Made by a program: the position numbers and the translations under genes
Notes under the pieces: model-generated
The model's input: only the letters and a program-made list of their open reading frames with translations
The model's database searches: none
What the model was told of the DNA's origin: nothing
Assembly (NCBI GenBank): GCA_964016885.1
Contig: OZ024741.1
Span: 117,552,001 to 117,616,000, forward strand
Length of the DNA stretch: 64,000 bases
Direction: 5' to 3'
DNA from: Eledone cirrhosa
Taxonomy: Eukaryota
Shown here: piece after piece, positions 1-16,590 of the stretch
Layout: every line of letters starts with the position of its first letter
Numbering within the stretch: the first letter of the stretch is position 1

Positions 1-126
1 ACTGAATTGGTCTGTCCCAGTCATTCATTGAGCAACATCGGTGAAGTTGGCACCCTTAACTCGCAGTTGGGTGCGGATGCATTCATGTATATATGTGTGT
101 GTCCGCATGTATCTGTGTGTTTCTAA

Positions 127-3106
<2,980 letters not shown>

Positions 3107-3110
3107 AGTA

Positions 3111-3199
3111 TATAAGGGAGAGGATCAGGAGTGTGTAACACTCCATTGGACTATTGGATAAGTGGAGTGTTACACACTCCACTTATCCTCTCCCTTATA
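3111..3199. repeat. Nested inverted repeat (~90 bp) between TA arrays
   Basis: Arms tataagggagaggat/atcctctcccttata and ggagtgtgtaacactcca/tggagtgttacacactcc; internal 15-bp-arm hairpin at 3156-3188. Confidence 0.85.
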
Positions 3200-3201
3200 T
3201 A

Positions 3202-3316
<115 letters not shown>

Positions 3317-3361
3317 CATATATATATATATACATATATATATATACATATATATATATAC

Positions 3362-3396
<35 letters not shown>

Positions 3397-3407
3397 CATA
3401 TATATAT

Positions 3408-3443
<36 letters not shown>

Positions 3444-3445
<2 letters not shown>

Positions 3446-3772
3446 AGGCATATATATATTTAGTGGTTAGAGCATTGGCCTTGTAATTGAAAGGTTGTGA
3501 GTTCAATTCTCAGACCGGGTGATGTGTTGTTTCCTTGAGCAAGACACTTTATTTCACATTGCTCCAGGTTACTCAGCAGTAGAAATGAGATGATAGGGAC
3601 GGGGGTCCATATCATTCCACTGCAAAGTGGTCGTGGAGGTGCCACGGCAAAAAAAGCCAGAAACAGTCCTATACGAGCAAGACATAGTCACATGACCCAA
3701 CTTGCCTCAAGTGGGACAAACCTATCTAATCCATGCTAGCATGGAAGATAGACGTTAAATGATGATGATGAT
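3444..3772 (+). mobile_element. tRNA-derived SINE, family A (CORE-like centre, RTE-derived tail)
   Basis: A/B-box head (tagtggttag, gagttcaattc), ccttgagcaagacactt core, (GAT)n end; homologous to 46005 and 62621. Confidence 0.85.
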
Positions 3773-3837
<65 letters not shown>

Positions 3838-3977
3838 CCAAGTTTATAGATGGAAAATTATCTTTGAGGCTTTTATATATAGTTTTTCCTTTGCTATATA
3901 TATATGTCCATCTACCTACATCTATCTCCATCAATATCTCTCTCCCCCTCTCTCTCTCTATATATATATATATATAC

Positions 3978-4014
<37 letters not shown>

Positions 4015-4077
4015 CCCTTGAAGGTAGAACTAATATAGTGATTTAATATAATAAATATTAATTTATTACGATAAATG

Positions 4078-4119
<42 letters not shown>

Positions 4120-4811
4120 GCTGAAAACTCTGCTTTAATCATTATACTTTAGACAATAAATTCCTGTATATTTGTAACAGTAAGTACTTCATAAATTATA
4201 CATACCGAAAATGTTGACACTGTTATAAGTAATTTTGTTAAAGATTACATTTAAGTGAATATTGAACAGTGTATATTTTTCTTTCGCGGGCGTAATAAAT
4301 CCTTTAAATTTGTTTTCATAAAACTCAGAATTTTAGAAATGTAACACATTTAAAAAATTTATTAAATTTATAAAATTAATATAAATAACCTTTTAAAACC
4401 TAAAAATCAACTTTTAAAACCTAAAATTTTGATTCTTCACCCTAAAATAACATAAATTAAATATTTTGAAATTTAACTGCTAAGTCTATATGTGAAAAAA
4501 TGTTTGCATAAATTACTCCCCTTTATCTCTCCCTCTCTTTAATTATCTATCGGTTGCTTTCGTAAGCCAAAAACTGTAATAAAATTATAACTCCAGAGAC
4601 GTCTTTCTCTATAATCCTAATTTGTAGTATCCCAGATTTTAAAAACTCTATAACTGTTACATTAAAGCAATGTGCTTCTTACTCATACCTTCTCTATTGA
4701 TTCTATTATGTTTTCGCATTTTCTCAGTATTAGGGTATAAATGTTGAGTTTTCTCATAAGTTGATTAAATCTTAACCATTTAACATCTCAGAGTATGTCA
4801 TGTATCATTTT

Positions 4812-4864
4812 ATTTTATCTGATGATGACGTACTGTTGTACCTCTGAAATATGTATAATAAAAT
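4812..4864 (+). ncRNA. Minimal type I hammerhead ribozyme motif
   Basis: attttat-CTGATGA-(imperfect stem II with gtac/gtac)-GAAA-tatgta-TA-ataaaat; 7-bp stem I. Confidence 0.7.
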
Positions 4865-5004
4865 TTTATTGATCACAAGAACATCTATTTTATTAATATT
4901 TGTATTTTAATATTAATAACTCTGGAAAAAAATGTTACTGTAGAGTGCTTCCAATCTACTGTAAAACTCATTCTTTGATGTACTCATTGAATCTTGTTTA
5001 ACTC

Positions 5005-5111
<107 letters not shown>

Positions 5112-6019
5112 GTATGAATGCATTCAGTGTTTGGTGATGTAAGCTTTATTTGTGTTCCAATAGTACTTCATCATAATCTTTACAATGGTGACACAAATTT
5201 AAAATTCCTTCCGTCTGAATTTCATAGTTTAACATAGGAATCTTGTTAAGAAACATTAACCCTATTTGACACTGACACTGGCACTTGATGATTACTAGAT
5301 ATATTTATCATTCAATCAATAACTAAATCAATTAGTGTGTCAGTATTAACCCTTTCCTTACCATATTTCTAATAAAAAACGCTACCTCTTGTGGTGCATC
5401 ATTTGACAACCACTAGTTTACACCAAGAACACTACTAATATATGACATGAAGTGACCAGTAATAACCAATAAATTATAGTCACTAACTTATCTTTATAAT
5501 ACCACAGCAACCCAGAAGAAAAGAAATATTATGTAATTGCTAAAATCACACCCATTGTTTGAATAGTTGATAAAAGCCATAAACTAAACTATAGCATAAC
5601 AAACTCAGATATAGTTTACAAAGCACGACAAAAGCATTTTTGTTTTGTAAAAAATGAGGATACTTCAGTCGAGTTAATGACCTGACAACATTTCTAGTGA
5701 TGGTGCAACAATAAAATGTACCCAGTTACACCCTGTAAAGTAATTGGTGATATGAAAGGCATCCAGCCATAGAAACCAGACAGGAAAGTGTAGAGATGTA
5801 GAGATGACTCTTCAGTTGTGTCTAGGATATAATAGACCCCTTGTGCTGGTACTATGATAACATTCCACTAGTTGGTGATGATCAGTAGGATTCATGACTA
5901 CAACACTTCACTAGTTCAGTACTACCATGTCCTAACTTTACACCCAAACATTGAAATAATTTATTAGGTCTCTCTTTTGGGGTATTGGCAGAGATATGTA
6001 GCGAAGACATACACAATAG

Positions 6020-6460
6020 AAGTAATTTCTAATTGAGGCACAAGACCAGCAATCTGGGGACAGGGGAAAGTTGATTGTATTGACACCAGTATTTGACTGG
6101 TATTTTATGTTATCGAGCCCGGGATAATGAAAGGCAAAGTTGACCTCTGCAGGATTTGAACTCAAAATGTAGGAAGTTGTAATTAAGTACCACAAAACAT
6201 TTTGTCCAATGCCCTACTGATACTGCCATGCCAATCCACCACCCCTTTAATAACTCTTTCTGACAATGGCACAAAGCCTGCAATTTGGAGGAAAGGGTAA
6301 GTTTATTAAATTGACTCCAGTACTTGACAGGTACTTTATTTTATTGAGCCCAGAAGGATGAAAGGCAAAGTAGACCTTGGTTATATTTGAACTCCAAATA
6401 CAGACAGCCAAAATCAATGCTGCAAAGCATTTTGTCTGACACCCTACAAATTCTACCATT
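6020..6460 (-). mobile_element. Two tandem SINE family B copies (Meta-like domain)
   Basis: Reverse complement of gttcaaat B-box + tttgcctttcat...ataaa...taccag; matches 43275-43465. Confidence 0.75.
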
Positions 6461-6699
6461 ATATATAGCAGAAACCTTTATAGATAAAAATTCAACCTTT
6501 ATATATAACAGAAACAATGTTATATAGGTCTATAAATTTATACATTAAAATATAAATGAGGACATTTATTTAGCAGCCTCATCATAATAAAATCACTGTT
6601 ACAAACATTTGAACCATATATAACCAATGTATCATGAACTCTTCATCCTCACCATCCCTCTGCAATCTTGGAGACCCTACAAAGTATCATATGGGCTGT

Positions 6700-6820
6700 A
6701 CTTCTCCTTCTCCTTCTTCTCCTCTCCTCCTTCTTCCCTCCTCCTCCTCTTCTTCTTCTCCTATTCCTTCTTCTTTTTCTTCTTCTCCTATTCCTTCTTC
6801 TTCTTTTTCTTCTCCTCCAC
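6700..6820. repeat. (CTT/CCT)n pyrimidine tract
   Basis: Directly visible. Confidence 0.9.
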
Positions 6821-6824
6821 TTAT

Positions 6825-6968
6825 TCCTGAGAGGGTCATGGTGGCAGAGTCATCAAACACTCCTTCCAGCAGGCCCTGTCAGATGTAACTGTCTCCAATT
6901 GATCCAGCTGGACCGCCAAGTGAAACCAGCCAAGCTTATGGATGTTATCCAACTATCTTGCTTAGAAG
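6825..6968 (-). mobile_element. Degenerate RTE-like LINE 3' fragment
   Basis: Homologous to 44170-44310. Confidence 0.55.
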
Positions 6969-7269
6969 TCATAATTGTTTTGTTTGTTTGTTGTTTTTGT
7001 TTAACAAAAAGATGTATCCCATCATTCAAACAAAGAATTATACTTGATAGTAGCAGTATAATTAAGTTGAACACTTAAACACTAGAAACACTAGAGACGC
7101 TTAGTCAGTCACTTTGATCTCAATCTTAGAATACCAACCAGCCAACCAGCTAACTGTTGTATTTTTTTTATGTTTTATTCTCTACATATTTATAAATAGT
7201 CAGTCTTTGTTTTACAGTTGATAGACTCAGCATCACTGCCCCGGTGATGCAGGTTTGTGAAGTGGGGTA

Positions 7270-7760
7270 TGCGAGCCCATATGCAGGCTGCCTCTTGGTC
7301 CCAGTGGACAGAATGGAGAAAAGGTTGCTCCAGAGGGTGGCGAAAGAGAAGCATCCAGCTTGTGGGGATTGCTCATGGGGATAATCAACTCCACCCTGAT
7401 AATAGTGAGTAGGGATGTGGTCCAGAGGCCAAGAACACCAGAAATCTCCACCGCTATAGGTTTGAACACAAACCTATCGGAGAGCAACTGATATTTTGAC
7501 AGTTTGCCCTCTTTGGCTTGACAAGCAGCGAAGCCTGGGCTAGTCACTGAATGCACCAGCTTGCCATTCAAGAAGGTGACACAGCGCGTAGCATCTCAGA
7601 TGTGGGGCCTACCACTACAGAATGGGAAAACTGTCATGCCATCTGGCCTTTTACCATCCCCACCCCCAGTTCTTCTGCCTCCAGCTGGGAAGGGAAGCCT
7701 GCGGCATCCAAGCCATGTTTTATAACCTCACTGAAAGCAACATGACATGGAAGCCAACCG
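7270..7760 (-). mobile_element. Degenerate copy of the CRE-like RLE fragment
   Basis: Translation KLSKYQLLSDRFVFKPIAVEISGVLG matches the 18700-19512 ORF (KLLKYRSLSDRFAVVPLAVLTSGVL). Confidence 0.8.
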
Positions 7761-8351
7761 CCACTAAGATGGTGAGAAAGTTAGTTAAATTATTAAATTC
7801 CTACAAATTCTTGATTATTTTTTTTAATTAATTAGAAACCAGTATCTTTCATTAAAAATACAGTAATGAAAGGGGGAATAATTACCCACAGCAAGACTAA
7901 ATATATGTTTATTATGCATAAACATATTATATATTGGTCTATATATGCCTTTATTTTGAATCATGCTATAATATCAAAAGTTCTCTCAGGTAAACCTCAC
8001 CCCTTCCTCATCACTTGTTAAACTCTAATAAATCACAGTTGATTATGATTCATATATATGTTTTCTCTGTTGCCTCACCTATATACATATTTATTCTTTT
8101 AACTATTTTTTTTTATCTCAACATTTATTCGCTATTCAGTATTTTATCAATGAGGACTCTCGGTAATAGTTAATTAGTCAATATTTGAGTTAGTGTCAAT
8201 CAATAAAAACTGCTGTTTTAATTATGCGGTCAAGCGAAGGTCTTCATTAGGTAATTAGCTAACTTTCTACTTTGATGGCCAATCAATACAATTGATTCAA
8301 TAGCCATTATTCTATTATATATATATATGTGTGTGTGTGTGTATACATATA

Positions 8352-8466
<115 letters not shown>

Positions 8467-8828
8467 TATAATGTGCATGTGTCTATAGAATAAATAAATC
8501 TTTTACAATATTTGCAGTCAATAATCGATCAATAAAAAGCCCATAGTCATTTAATGGAGAGGCTTCATCAAGTTAACGATGCAAAGCTAGTGTTTACTCA
8601 TTAAGCAAACAAAAACCTATGCTATTGATGAGTCAGGGAAGGTGTTGCGTTCATTAACTAATCAATATGATTTTGTTGTTAATGAAATCCCTACTGGTGT
8701 GCATTTTTCTTACACTACAGAATCAACTTAACCCCTGATTCTTTTACACATATTGAATCAGAACAAGGATTGAATTAGCAATGGGGCTCAGTGGGGGCTG
8801 GAATGCAACTATTATTTGATTATATTAT

Positions 8829-8956
<128 letters not shown>

Positions 8957-8973
8957 GTGTGTGTGTGTGTGTA

Positions 8974-9072
8974 CAGGGTATCCTAAAAATGTATACATAC
9001 TTCAACAGCATTCTAATAAATATTGCTTGTACAGGTAATCAAAGTATGTATCCATTTTATTAGGGCACTATG
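8974..9072. mobile_element. Tc1/mariner-type MITE (~100 bp)
   Basis: Imperfect TIR cagggtatcctaaaaatgtatacatactt; relatives at 28490-28566 and 35030-35121. Confidence 0.65.
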
Positions 9073-9077
9073 TTTGT

Positions 9078-9136
<59 letters not shown>

Positions 9137-9138
<2 letters not shown>

Positions 9139-9473
9139 CACACATATATATATATATGCAAAAGTTCTATTTAAAATTGTTGGGATACAACAAGTAAATA
9201 TTTTTATAACTGATATAAAGCACTCGACAAGTATTTGGAGTAGATATACGATATTAATAAATGGAAACTATATTTATAAAACCATATTTATTTCATTATA
9301 CATATTTCAGGGATACCAAATTAAATTATGGTATGCCTTCATCAGACAAAATATAATATATAACAGTTTTACAAATGAAGGCATACCATAATTTAATTTG
9401 GTATCCCTGAAATATGTATAATGAAATAAATATGGTTTTATAAATATAGTTTCCATTTATTAATATCGTATAT
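9137..9473. mobile_element. Short HHR-bearing element with ~99-bp perfect inverted arms
   Basis: Arms 9244-9342 and 9375-9473; homologous to non-folded copy 38935-39178; flanked by (TA)n. Confidence 0.8.
9290..9352 (-). ncRNA. Hammerhead ribozyme motif
   Basis: Minus strand attttgt-CTGATGA-aggcatacca..tggtatccct-GAAA-tatgta-TA-atgaaat. Confidence 0.75.
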
Positions 9474-9499
9474 ATATACATATATATATATATACATAT

Positions 9500-9530
<31 letters not shown>

Positions 9531-9556
9531 TACATATATACATATATATATATATA

Positions 9557-9989
<433 letters not shown>

Positions 9990-10020
9990 CATATATACAT
10001 ATATATACATATATATATAC

Positions 10021-10067
<47 letters not shown>

Positions 10068-10150
10068 CATATATACATATATATATATATATACATATAT
10101 ACATATATACATATATACATATATACATATATATACATATATATATATAT

Positions 10151-12520
10151 AGAGAGTGACTTGGTGGTGGAACAATAAGGTAGATGAAGCAGTCAAGGCC
10201 AAGAGACAGGCATGGAAAGAATGGAAGAACGGGGGGAGCAGGGTACATTACATAGAGACCAAGAGGGAAGCTAGGCGACAAGTATACTTAGCTAGGAGGG
10301 AAGCAGAGGATAGAAAATTCAAGCATGTTTTACAACGTGAGGACCAGAAACAGGAGGTATTCAAGATTGCGAGGCAGTGTGTCAGAGATAGTTGTGATGT
10401 CATTGGAGAGAAGTGTATCCGGAATGATAAAGGTGAGCTTGCCCTCACAAGTGCTGAGAAGAAAGATGCATGGAAGAGTCATTATGATAGATTACTAAAT
10501 GAGGAGAATGCATGGGAAGAAGAGACCCTACCCCACGTAGACCCTATAGAGGGACCAGCAGTACAAGTCAGCGGCAGCGTAGTAAGTAAGGCAATCAGAG
10601 ATATGAAGATAGGGAAGGCAACCGGTCCATCGGGTATAGCTGCCGAGATGCTGAAGGCATCTGGGTCTGTAGGTCACACTATAACCACACGTATCGTTAA
10701 CCAGGTAATACTAGAGGGGGCCATACCAAAAGATTGGTGCAGTAGCATCATTGTCAACTGCTACAAAGGTAAAGGCGATGCACTAGATAGAGGAAACTAT
10801 AGAGGTATAAAGTTGATGGACCAGGTCATGAAAGTAACAGAAAGAGTTATAGCACAGCTGATTAGGGACCGGGTGAATATAGACGAGATGCAATTTGGGT
10901 TTGTTCCAGGGAAAGGCACCACTGATGCGCTCTTCCTTGTGAGGCAATTACAGGAAAAGTACCTAGCTAAAAGTAAGCCACTCTACTTGGCATTTGTCGA
11001 CCTTGAGAAAGCCTTTGACAGAGTTCCACGTGCAGTAATCTGGTGGGCTCTTAGAAAACTAGGAGTAGATGAATGGCTTGTGAAAGCGGTACAAGCCATG
11101 TATAGGGGAGCAGTCAGCAAAGTTAGGATTGGCAATGAGTATAGCGAGGAATTTAGCGTACAGGTTGGGGTCCACCAGGGCTCTGTTCTTAGCCCTCTCC
11201 TGTTCATCATAGTCCTGCAGGCAATAACGGAGGAGTTTAAGACCGGATGCCCATGGGAACTCCTGTATGCTGATGACCTCGCACTCATAGCTGAATCTAT
11301 GGTAGAACTAGAGAATAAATTCCAAACCTGGAAGCAGGGACTAGAGAGAAAGGGCCTCAAAGTCAACATGACAAAGACTAAGGTCCTTATAAGTAGACGA
11401 GAAAACAGAACCCAGATCCCCTCAGGGAAATGGCCTTGCTCAGTATGTAGGAAAGGTGTAGGTAGGAACTCCATTCTTTGCCCCAAATGCAAACAATGGG
11501 TACACAAGAGATGTAGCGGGATCTCAGGAAGCTTAATTAAGAATGTAGGATTCACATGCAGCAGCTGTGCTGAAACAGCAAGCAAACAGCCACAGGAAAC
11601 AAGTACCACCAATCTCTGGGAGGGCCCTGTAGAAACAGTAGACAGCTTCTGCTACCTAGGTGACCGAATTAGCAACGGAGGTGGGTGCTCAGAAAGTACA
11701 ATAACTAGGGTAAGAACGGGATGGAAGAAGTTTAGGGAACTACTACCACTGCTAGCTGCAAAAGGCTTCTCCCTCAGAATGAAAGGCAGACTGTATGATG
11801 CGTGTATCCGAACAGCGATGTTGCATGGTAGTGAGACCTGGGCGCTGAAGGTGGAAGACTTACGTAGATTAGAGAGAAACGAAGCCTGCATGCTCCGATG
11901 GATGTGTAACAGTAATATACGTGAACGACAAAGCATAAATGAATTGAGAGAGAGACTGAGCATAAGAGGAATCAAATGCTGCGTGCAGGAGAGGCGGTTA
12001 CGCTGGTATGGACATGTGATGCGTATGAAGGATGACAGCTGCATAAAAAGGTGCAGAGCACTAGAAGTTGATGGAAACCGCGGAGTGGGGAGACCCAAGA
12101 TGACTTGGGATGAGGTGATAAAAGCCGACCTTACCCAACTACGCCTCTCAAAGTCAATGACACACGACCGTGACTTCTGGCATCACGCAGTAATACAGGG
12201 TACCCGACCTCCCATGGGTACATGCTGAAGCATATAAACAATATGCCCCCCCCCCCCCCACCGCAAGGTGGTCGTGGAGGTGCCACGGCAAAAAAGCACC
12301 CAGCCCACACTGTAAAGTGGACGTGTAGGCGCCACGAAAAAGCACCCAGCACTCACTGTAAATGAGGTTGGTGTTAGGAAGGGCATCCAGCTGTAGAAAT
12401 CAAGCCAGATCAGTTCCTGTATGAGCAAGGCATGGTCAGCCGACCAGACACTGCCCACAACAGGACAACCCGTCTAACCCATGCTAGCGTGGAAGAACGG
12501 ACGTAAAACGGTGATGATGA
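10151..12520 (+). mobile_element. RTE-clade LINE, 5'-truncated, with 3' UTR and (GAT)n tail
   Basis: Uninterrupted RT ORF; inserted between TA arrays; 3' UTR shared with SINE family A. Confidence 0.93.
10156..12228 (+). CDS. RTE reverse transcriptase (partial, no APE domain) with Cys/His finger-like insert
   Basis: [29 protein letters not shown] motifs; CSVC..CPKC..WVH.RC..CSSC; RLRWYGHV C-terminus. Confidence 0.92.
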   Translation: MTWWWNNKVDEAVKAKRQAWKEWKNGGSRVHYIETKREARRQVYLARREAEDRKFKHVLQREDQKQEVFKIARQCVRDSCDVIGEKCIRNDKGELALTSAEKKDAWKSHYDRLLNEENAWEEETLPHVDPIEGPAVQVSGSVVSKAIRDMKIGKATGPSGIAAEMLKASGSVGHTITTRIVNQVILEGAIPKDWCSSIIVNCYKGKGDALDRGNYRGIKLMDQVMKVTERVIAQLIRDRVNIDEMQFGFVPGKGTTDALFLVRQLQEKYLAKSKPLYLAFVDLEKAFDRVPRAVIWWALRKLGVDEWLVKAVQAMYRGAVSKVRIGNEYSEEFSVQVGVHQGSVLSPLLFIIVLQAITEEFKTGCPWELLYADDLALIAESMVELENKFQTWKQGLERKGLKVNMTKTKVLISRRENRTQIPSGKWPCSVCRKGVGRNSILCPKCKQWVHKRCSGISGSLIKNVGFTCSSCAETASKQPQETSTTNLWEGPVETVDSFCYLGDRISNGGGCSESTITRVRTGWKKFRELLPLLAAKGFSLRMKGRLYDACIRTAMLHGSETWALKVEDLRRLERNEACMLRWMCNSNIRERQSINELRERLSIRGIKCCVQERRLRWYGHVMRMKDDSCIKRCRALEVDGNRGVGRPKMTWDEVIKADLTQLRLSKSMTHDRDFWHHAVIQGTRPPMGTC

Positions 12521-12528
12521 TACATATA

Positions 12529-12560
<32 letters not shown>

Positions 12561-12651
12561 CATATATATATATACATATATATATATATACATAAATATA
12601 TATATATATATATATATATACATAAATATATATATATATATATATATATAC

Positions 12652-12714
<63 letters not shown>

Positions 12715-12854
12715 TTTTTGTTGTTTTTTGGAGGGGTCATTCTTTTGTTGTTACATTAGAATAAAGCTTTCAAATTATGCTAGGGGTGGTATGAAGTCGT
12801 CTGATATTTGAAAATACAATGATTGTTATTGATTTATTATTATTTTTATGAGGA

Positions 12855-13445
12855 CAGTGTGAGAGTAGGATTGGCAATATTGGTAGAGCATTGAACAACA
12901 TTTTTTGTGGTACACGGTTACAGCCCATTACATTCTGAGTTCAAATCCTGCCAAGGTTAGCTTTGACTTTCATCCTTATAGGATCGATAAAATAAAGTTC
13001 CAGTTTAGCACTGGGGTCAATTTAATCGATTTTCCCTCCTCCAAAATTGTTGCCCTTGACTCTAAATCAGAAACCAGTATTTTTTTTTTAGGATTGGCAG
13101 TATCGGTAGAGAGTCGGACGCCATGCTTTGACGCATAGAGTTACGGCCCTTGCCATTCTGAGTTCGAATCCCGCCGAGGTTAACTTTGCCTTTCATCTTT
13201 ATGGGGTCGATAAAATAAAGTACCAGTAATGTACTGAGTAATTGCTGGCCTTGTGCCAAAAGTATAAATAATTATTATTATCGTGGTGGTAGTGTTGGTG
13301 GTGGTGATGGTAGAGCGTTAAACAAAAGTTTTTGCAGTATTTATTCCAGCTATTTGTTTTCTGTGTTCAAATGATGTTGAAATCAATTTTGCTTTACATC
13401 CTTCTGAAAGTCGATAAAATAAGGTAATGGTCATGTACTGGGGAA
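12855..13445 (+). mobile_element. Cluster of three SINE family B copies
   Basis: Repeated gttc(a/g)aatcc B-box + ctttcatc..gtcgataaaataaagtaccag. Confidence 0.75.
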
Positions 13446-14031
13446 GGGTGGGGAGGGCTCGATGTTGCTTGTAGGTGTGCCTATATTGGCAGTCATTAAG
13501 TGGGTGTTAATTTATTGAATGTCATCCATTCACACCCACAAATACTTATTAATTGAAATTTGCCTTTTAGTTGGAGAAAGAAATGAAAAACCTGGCAGCA
13601 ATTGTTAGTGTCACTCAAAGAAATGGGATGATAATTTGAAGAAATTAAAAATCAATCTCTAAAAGTTATTATTTACATTTTTATGGGAGAAATCTTCATT
13701 TACAAACATAATTTTCTTTCCCTAAACATGTAAATTAAATTTGAGAGATTAATTCTTAATTTCTCAAAATGATCTCCCCTTTTCTTTCTATATCACTAAC
13801 ATTTGCTGATAGGCTTTTGCTTTCTTTTTTCAGCTCAGATATATATATATATAAATTTTTTTTCACGTTTTTCCTCAAAAGGTTATTGTCTCATCAGAGG
13901 ATAACTATATTGATAATTTCACATTGTATCGCTATTAAATTTACCTTCACACTTTAGTTACCTGATATCTAAGTGAAGTGAGATATGTAGAGTTAAGTGC
14001 TTTGCCCCAAGTTACAATGAGAATCCTTTAA

Positions 14032-14289
14032 CCCTTTTGTTACCAAAATGCCCGAAACCACCTATGGTTTTATGATCCAAAACTCTTTATTTTAAAGTGT
14101 AAATATTTACATAAAAACTTTCCATTATAATTTTATGTAAGAACCTTTTATTAAGTTATGTTATAAATAGTAGCTTAATAACAAGAAAGTCTAGTTATAT
14201 TACTAAGTCTCTTCAAATTCTTGATTATTTTCAATTTTTTTTAAAAGCCATAGGCAGCATCTTCCATAAGGAATATGGTAACGAAAGGG
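14032..14289. mobile_element. piggyBac-like MITE
   Basis: TTAA on both sides; TIR cccttttgttacca / tggtaacgaaaggg; partial duplicate of the right end at 14330-14443; relative at 57829-58145. Confidence 0.75.
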
Positions 14290-15044
14290 TTAAAGTGGTT
14301 ATATTTACCTAAAAACCCTTCCAGGTGAATAACAATAATGTTTATTATATTACTAAATCCCTCTAGATTCTTGATTACTTTCAAAATTATTTGAAAACCA
14401 TAGGCATCATCTTTCATTAGAAATATGATAATGAAAGGGTTAAGTATATTATGTAGTCTATCCCATCCCTATTATTGTGTGCAGTAAATATACACTAGAA
14501 GGTTGTAAAGTAGCTTAACTAGATGCAATGAATTTTTATTAAAACCTTTCTATTTTACAAAGCCTTATACAACAGCAAACAGCAGATGTTTACTATGGTA
14601 GGCAAGTAATCAGAAACTAGATTATTATCTCATGGATTACCATTGCATAGTGATCACTTAGCTTGGAATGAATGACAACAGCTTTACCACGAGCTTCACA
14701 CAAGGAGAGTAAGCTGGCAACAGACAATTGAATGTTAACCCCTATACGCCCCCCCCCCCCCTCCCCCAGGTTCTAACCTGTCTCAGGGGGAGTGGATGTC
14801 CCTGAATCAGCTATGTATAGATGTCAGCCAATTTATTGCAGCCATGCACCACTGGGGACTGCATCCATCAGCAGCTTGCCAGTGTAGATTTCCAGAGCAC
14901 ACTGCAGTACATATATTGAGTGAGGGCTCGGATATTTGCCCACCTGAGAATATGGACCTCACACACCCTAATCCCACTACCGTGAGCTGGTTACAACACC
15001 TGGGGGACATCGCTTAATTGCAGATGTCTCATACACAAGAAGAA

Positions 15045-15285
15045 GGACTAACAACAGCTTTACAACAACAGCAACATCGTTAATAAAAATAAACAACAAC
15101 AATAACATTAATATCGTCAACAGCAATAACATCAACAACAGCAATGACATCAACAACACCCACAACAAACACAATCACAACAGCAATAACGACAACTACA
15201 ATAACTACAATAACATCAATAACAACAACTACAATATCAGCAATAAGAGCAACAGCAGCAATAACAACAATCACAGCAACAATCT
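15045..15285. repeat. (CAA/TAA)-rich low-complexity tract
   Basis: Directly visible. Confidence 0.85.
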
Positions 15286-15719
15286 TTATTCAGATATTAA
15301 AGATTACAATGAAACTTAAGAATAGACCCTGACAATAAGTAAAGATTAAGAAATAAGAACGATTTAATCTTCTAATATTATATTGTGTTTCGGCAATAGT
15401 AATTATTATTTAATTAATTACAGAGCTAAACGAATGTACACCAGGCAAATTATACTGACCATTTCAGCTATATTCTATATCCTACCTGACATATATAGTG
15501 ATTACTATAAAAAGATTCCTCAGTAGGCAGAAAGGCACAATCTTTTCTGATGAGGAAGCAAAATTCTCTAAAATGTATAAAGATTATCTCCCTTTTTTTT
15601 CTGTATACAGAGGAATAGTTAAACATGTTAGCACATCACACATTTCACAGCAAAGGCTACTTCTAATAAAAAAAACAAACTGTAATTATATCGACATTAT
15701 ATTTCTTCTCGTATTTGCT

Positions 15720-15990
15720 AGACCACATTCGGTTCCAATGACAAATGTTTCCAATTGATCCAATCAATGGAACAGACTACATGAGAAATTAATGTGCAAA
15801 TGACTGAACATACCACAGACATGTTTACTGTTAACTTAATTCTCAGCAGGATTCAGTGAGACACTGTGACAAGACTGGTCTTTTGACTTAGAGGCACAAC
15901 TCACTTTTGTTCGCTAAGTGGTGTGAAACAACATGAAATAAAGTGTCTTGTTCAAGGGCCTAATGCCCCACTGGCAATCGAACTCTCAGT
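15720..15990 (-). mobile_element. Degenerate SINE family C copy
   Basis: Homologous to 30830-31273. Confidence 0.6.
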
Positions 15991-16441
15991 CTCATTTATG
16001 ATCCTTTGCATAAATATTTATTATTTAATTAGCTGTGTTTCCTAATTACATTGCCAAAAGATTGCACACCAGGCACATTAGGCTGAGCACTTCAGTTATA
16101 ATCTACATCCTGTTTGATGTATATCACAATGCTATAAAATGATTCCTCTGAGGGCAGAATTGTAGGGGTAATTAGTTATATTCAAATAACTAGGGGTTAT
16201 CCTTCTGTTCTTCTAATTCTAGGAAAGCAGCTATCTAAATCAATACAATTTCATTTTCTCAAAAGTAAATTGTTCTTCATTTTGTCAAATCAAATGTTTA
16301 AAATTTAGATAAATTATTGTTATCAATTACATAAAGAAAAGCTGTTACAATTTGATATGGAGAATAAGGTATTTATGTATTCACTTATAACTCCTGATGG
16401 AATCAGATAGGCATTGTCATGAAATCCAGCATGTCTTGGAC

Positions 16442-16590
16442 TAGTGCCGGATTTAGGGCAAATGAAGCCATGTGCTAGTTAAGTTATGAGGCTGCTTACT
16501 TGGGTCTTGAAGGATGTAAACACTTTTTTTGGCAGGAGATGGGCCCCCACTGGCCAAGCACACCTAAGCACAATGGTAAATCTGGCACTG
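16442..16590. mobile_element. hAT-like MITE
   Basis: TIR agtgccggattta/taaatctggcact; degenerate 8-bp TSD tcttggac/tcttgagc. Confidence 0.55.

Noticed and set aside
10983-12098. Antisense ORFs over the RTE copies (also 59268-60500) and over the CRE fragment (18753-19463)
   Set aside because: Shadow frames of the coding strand with no independent motifs
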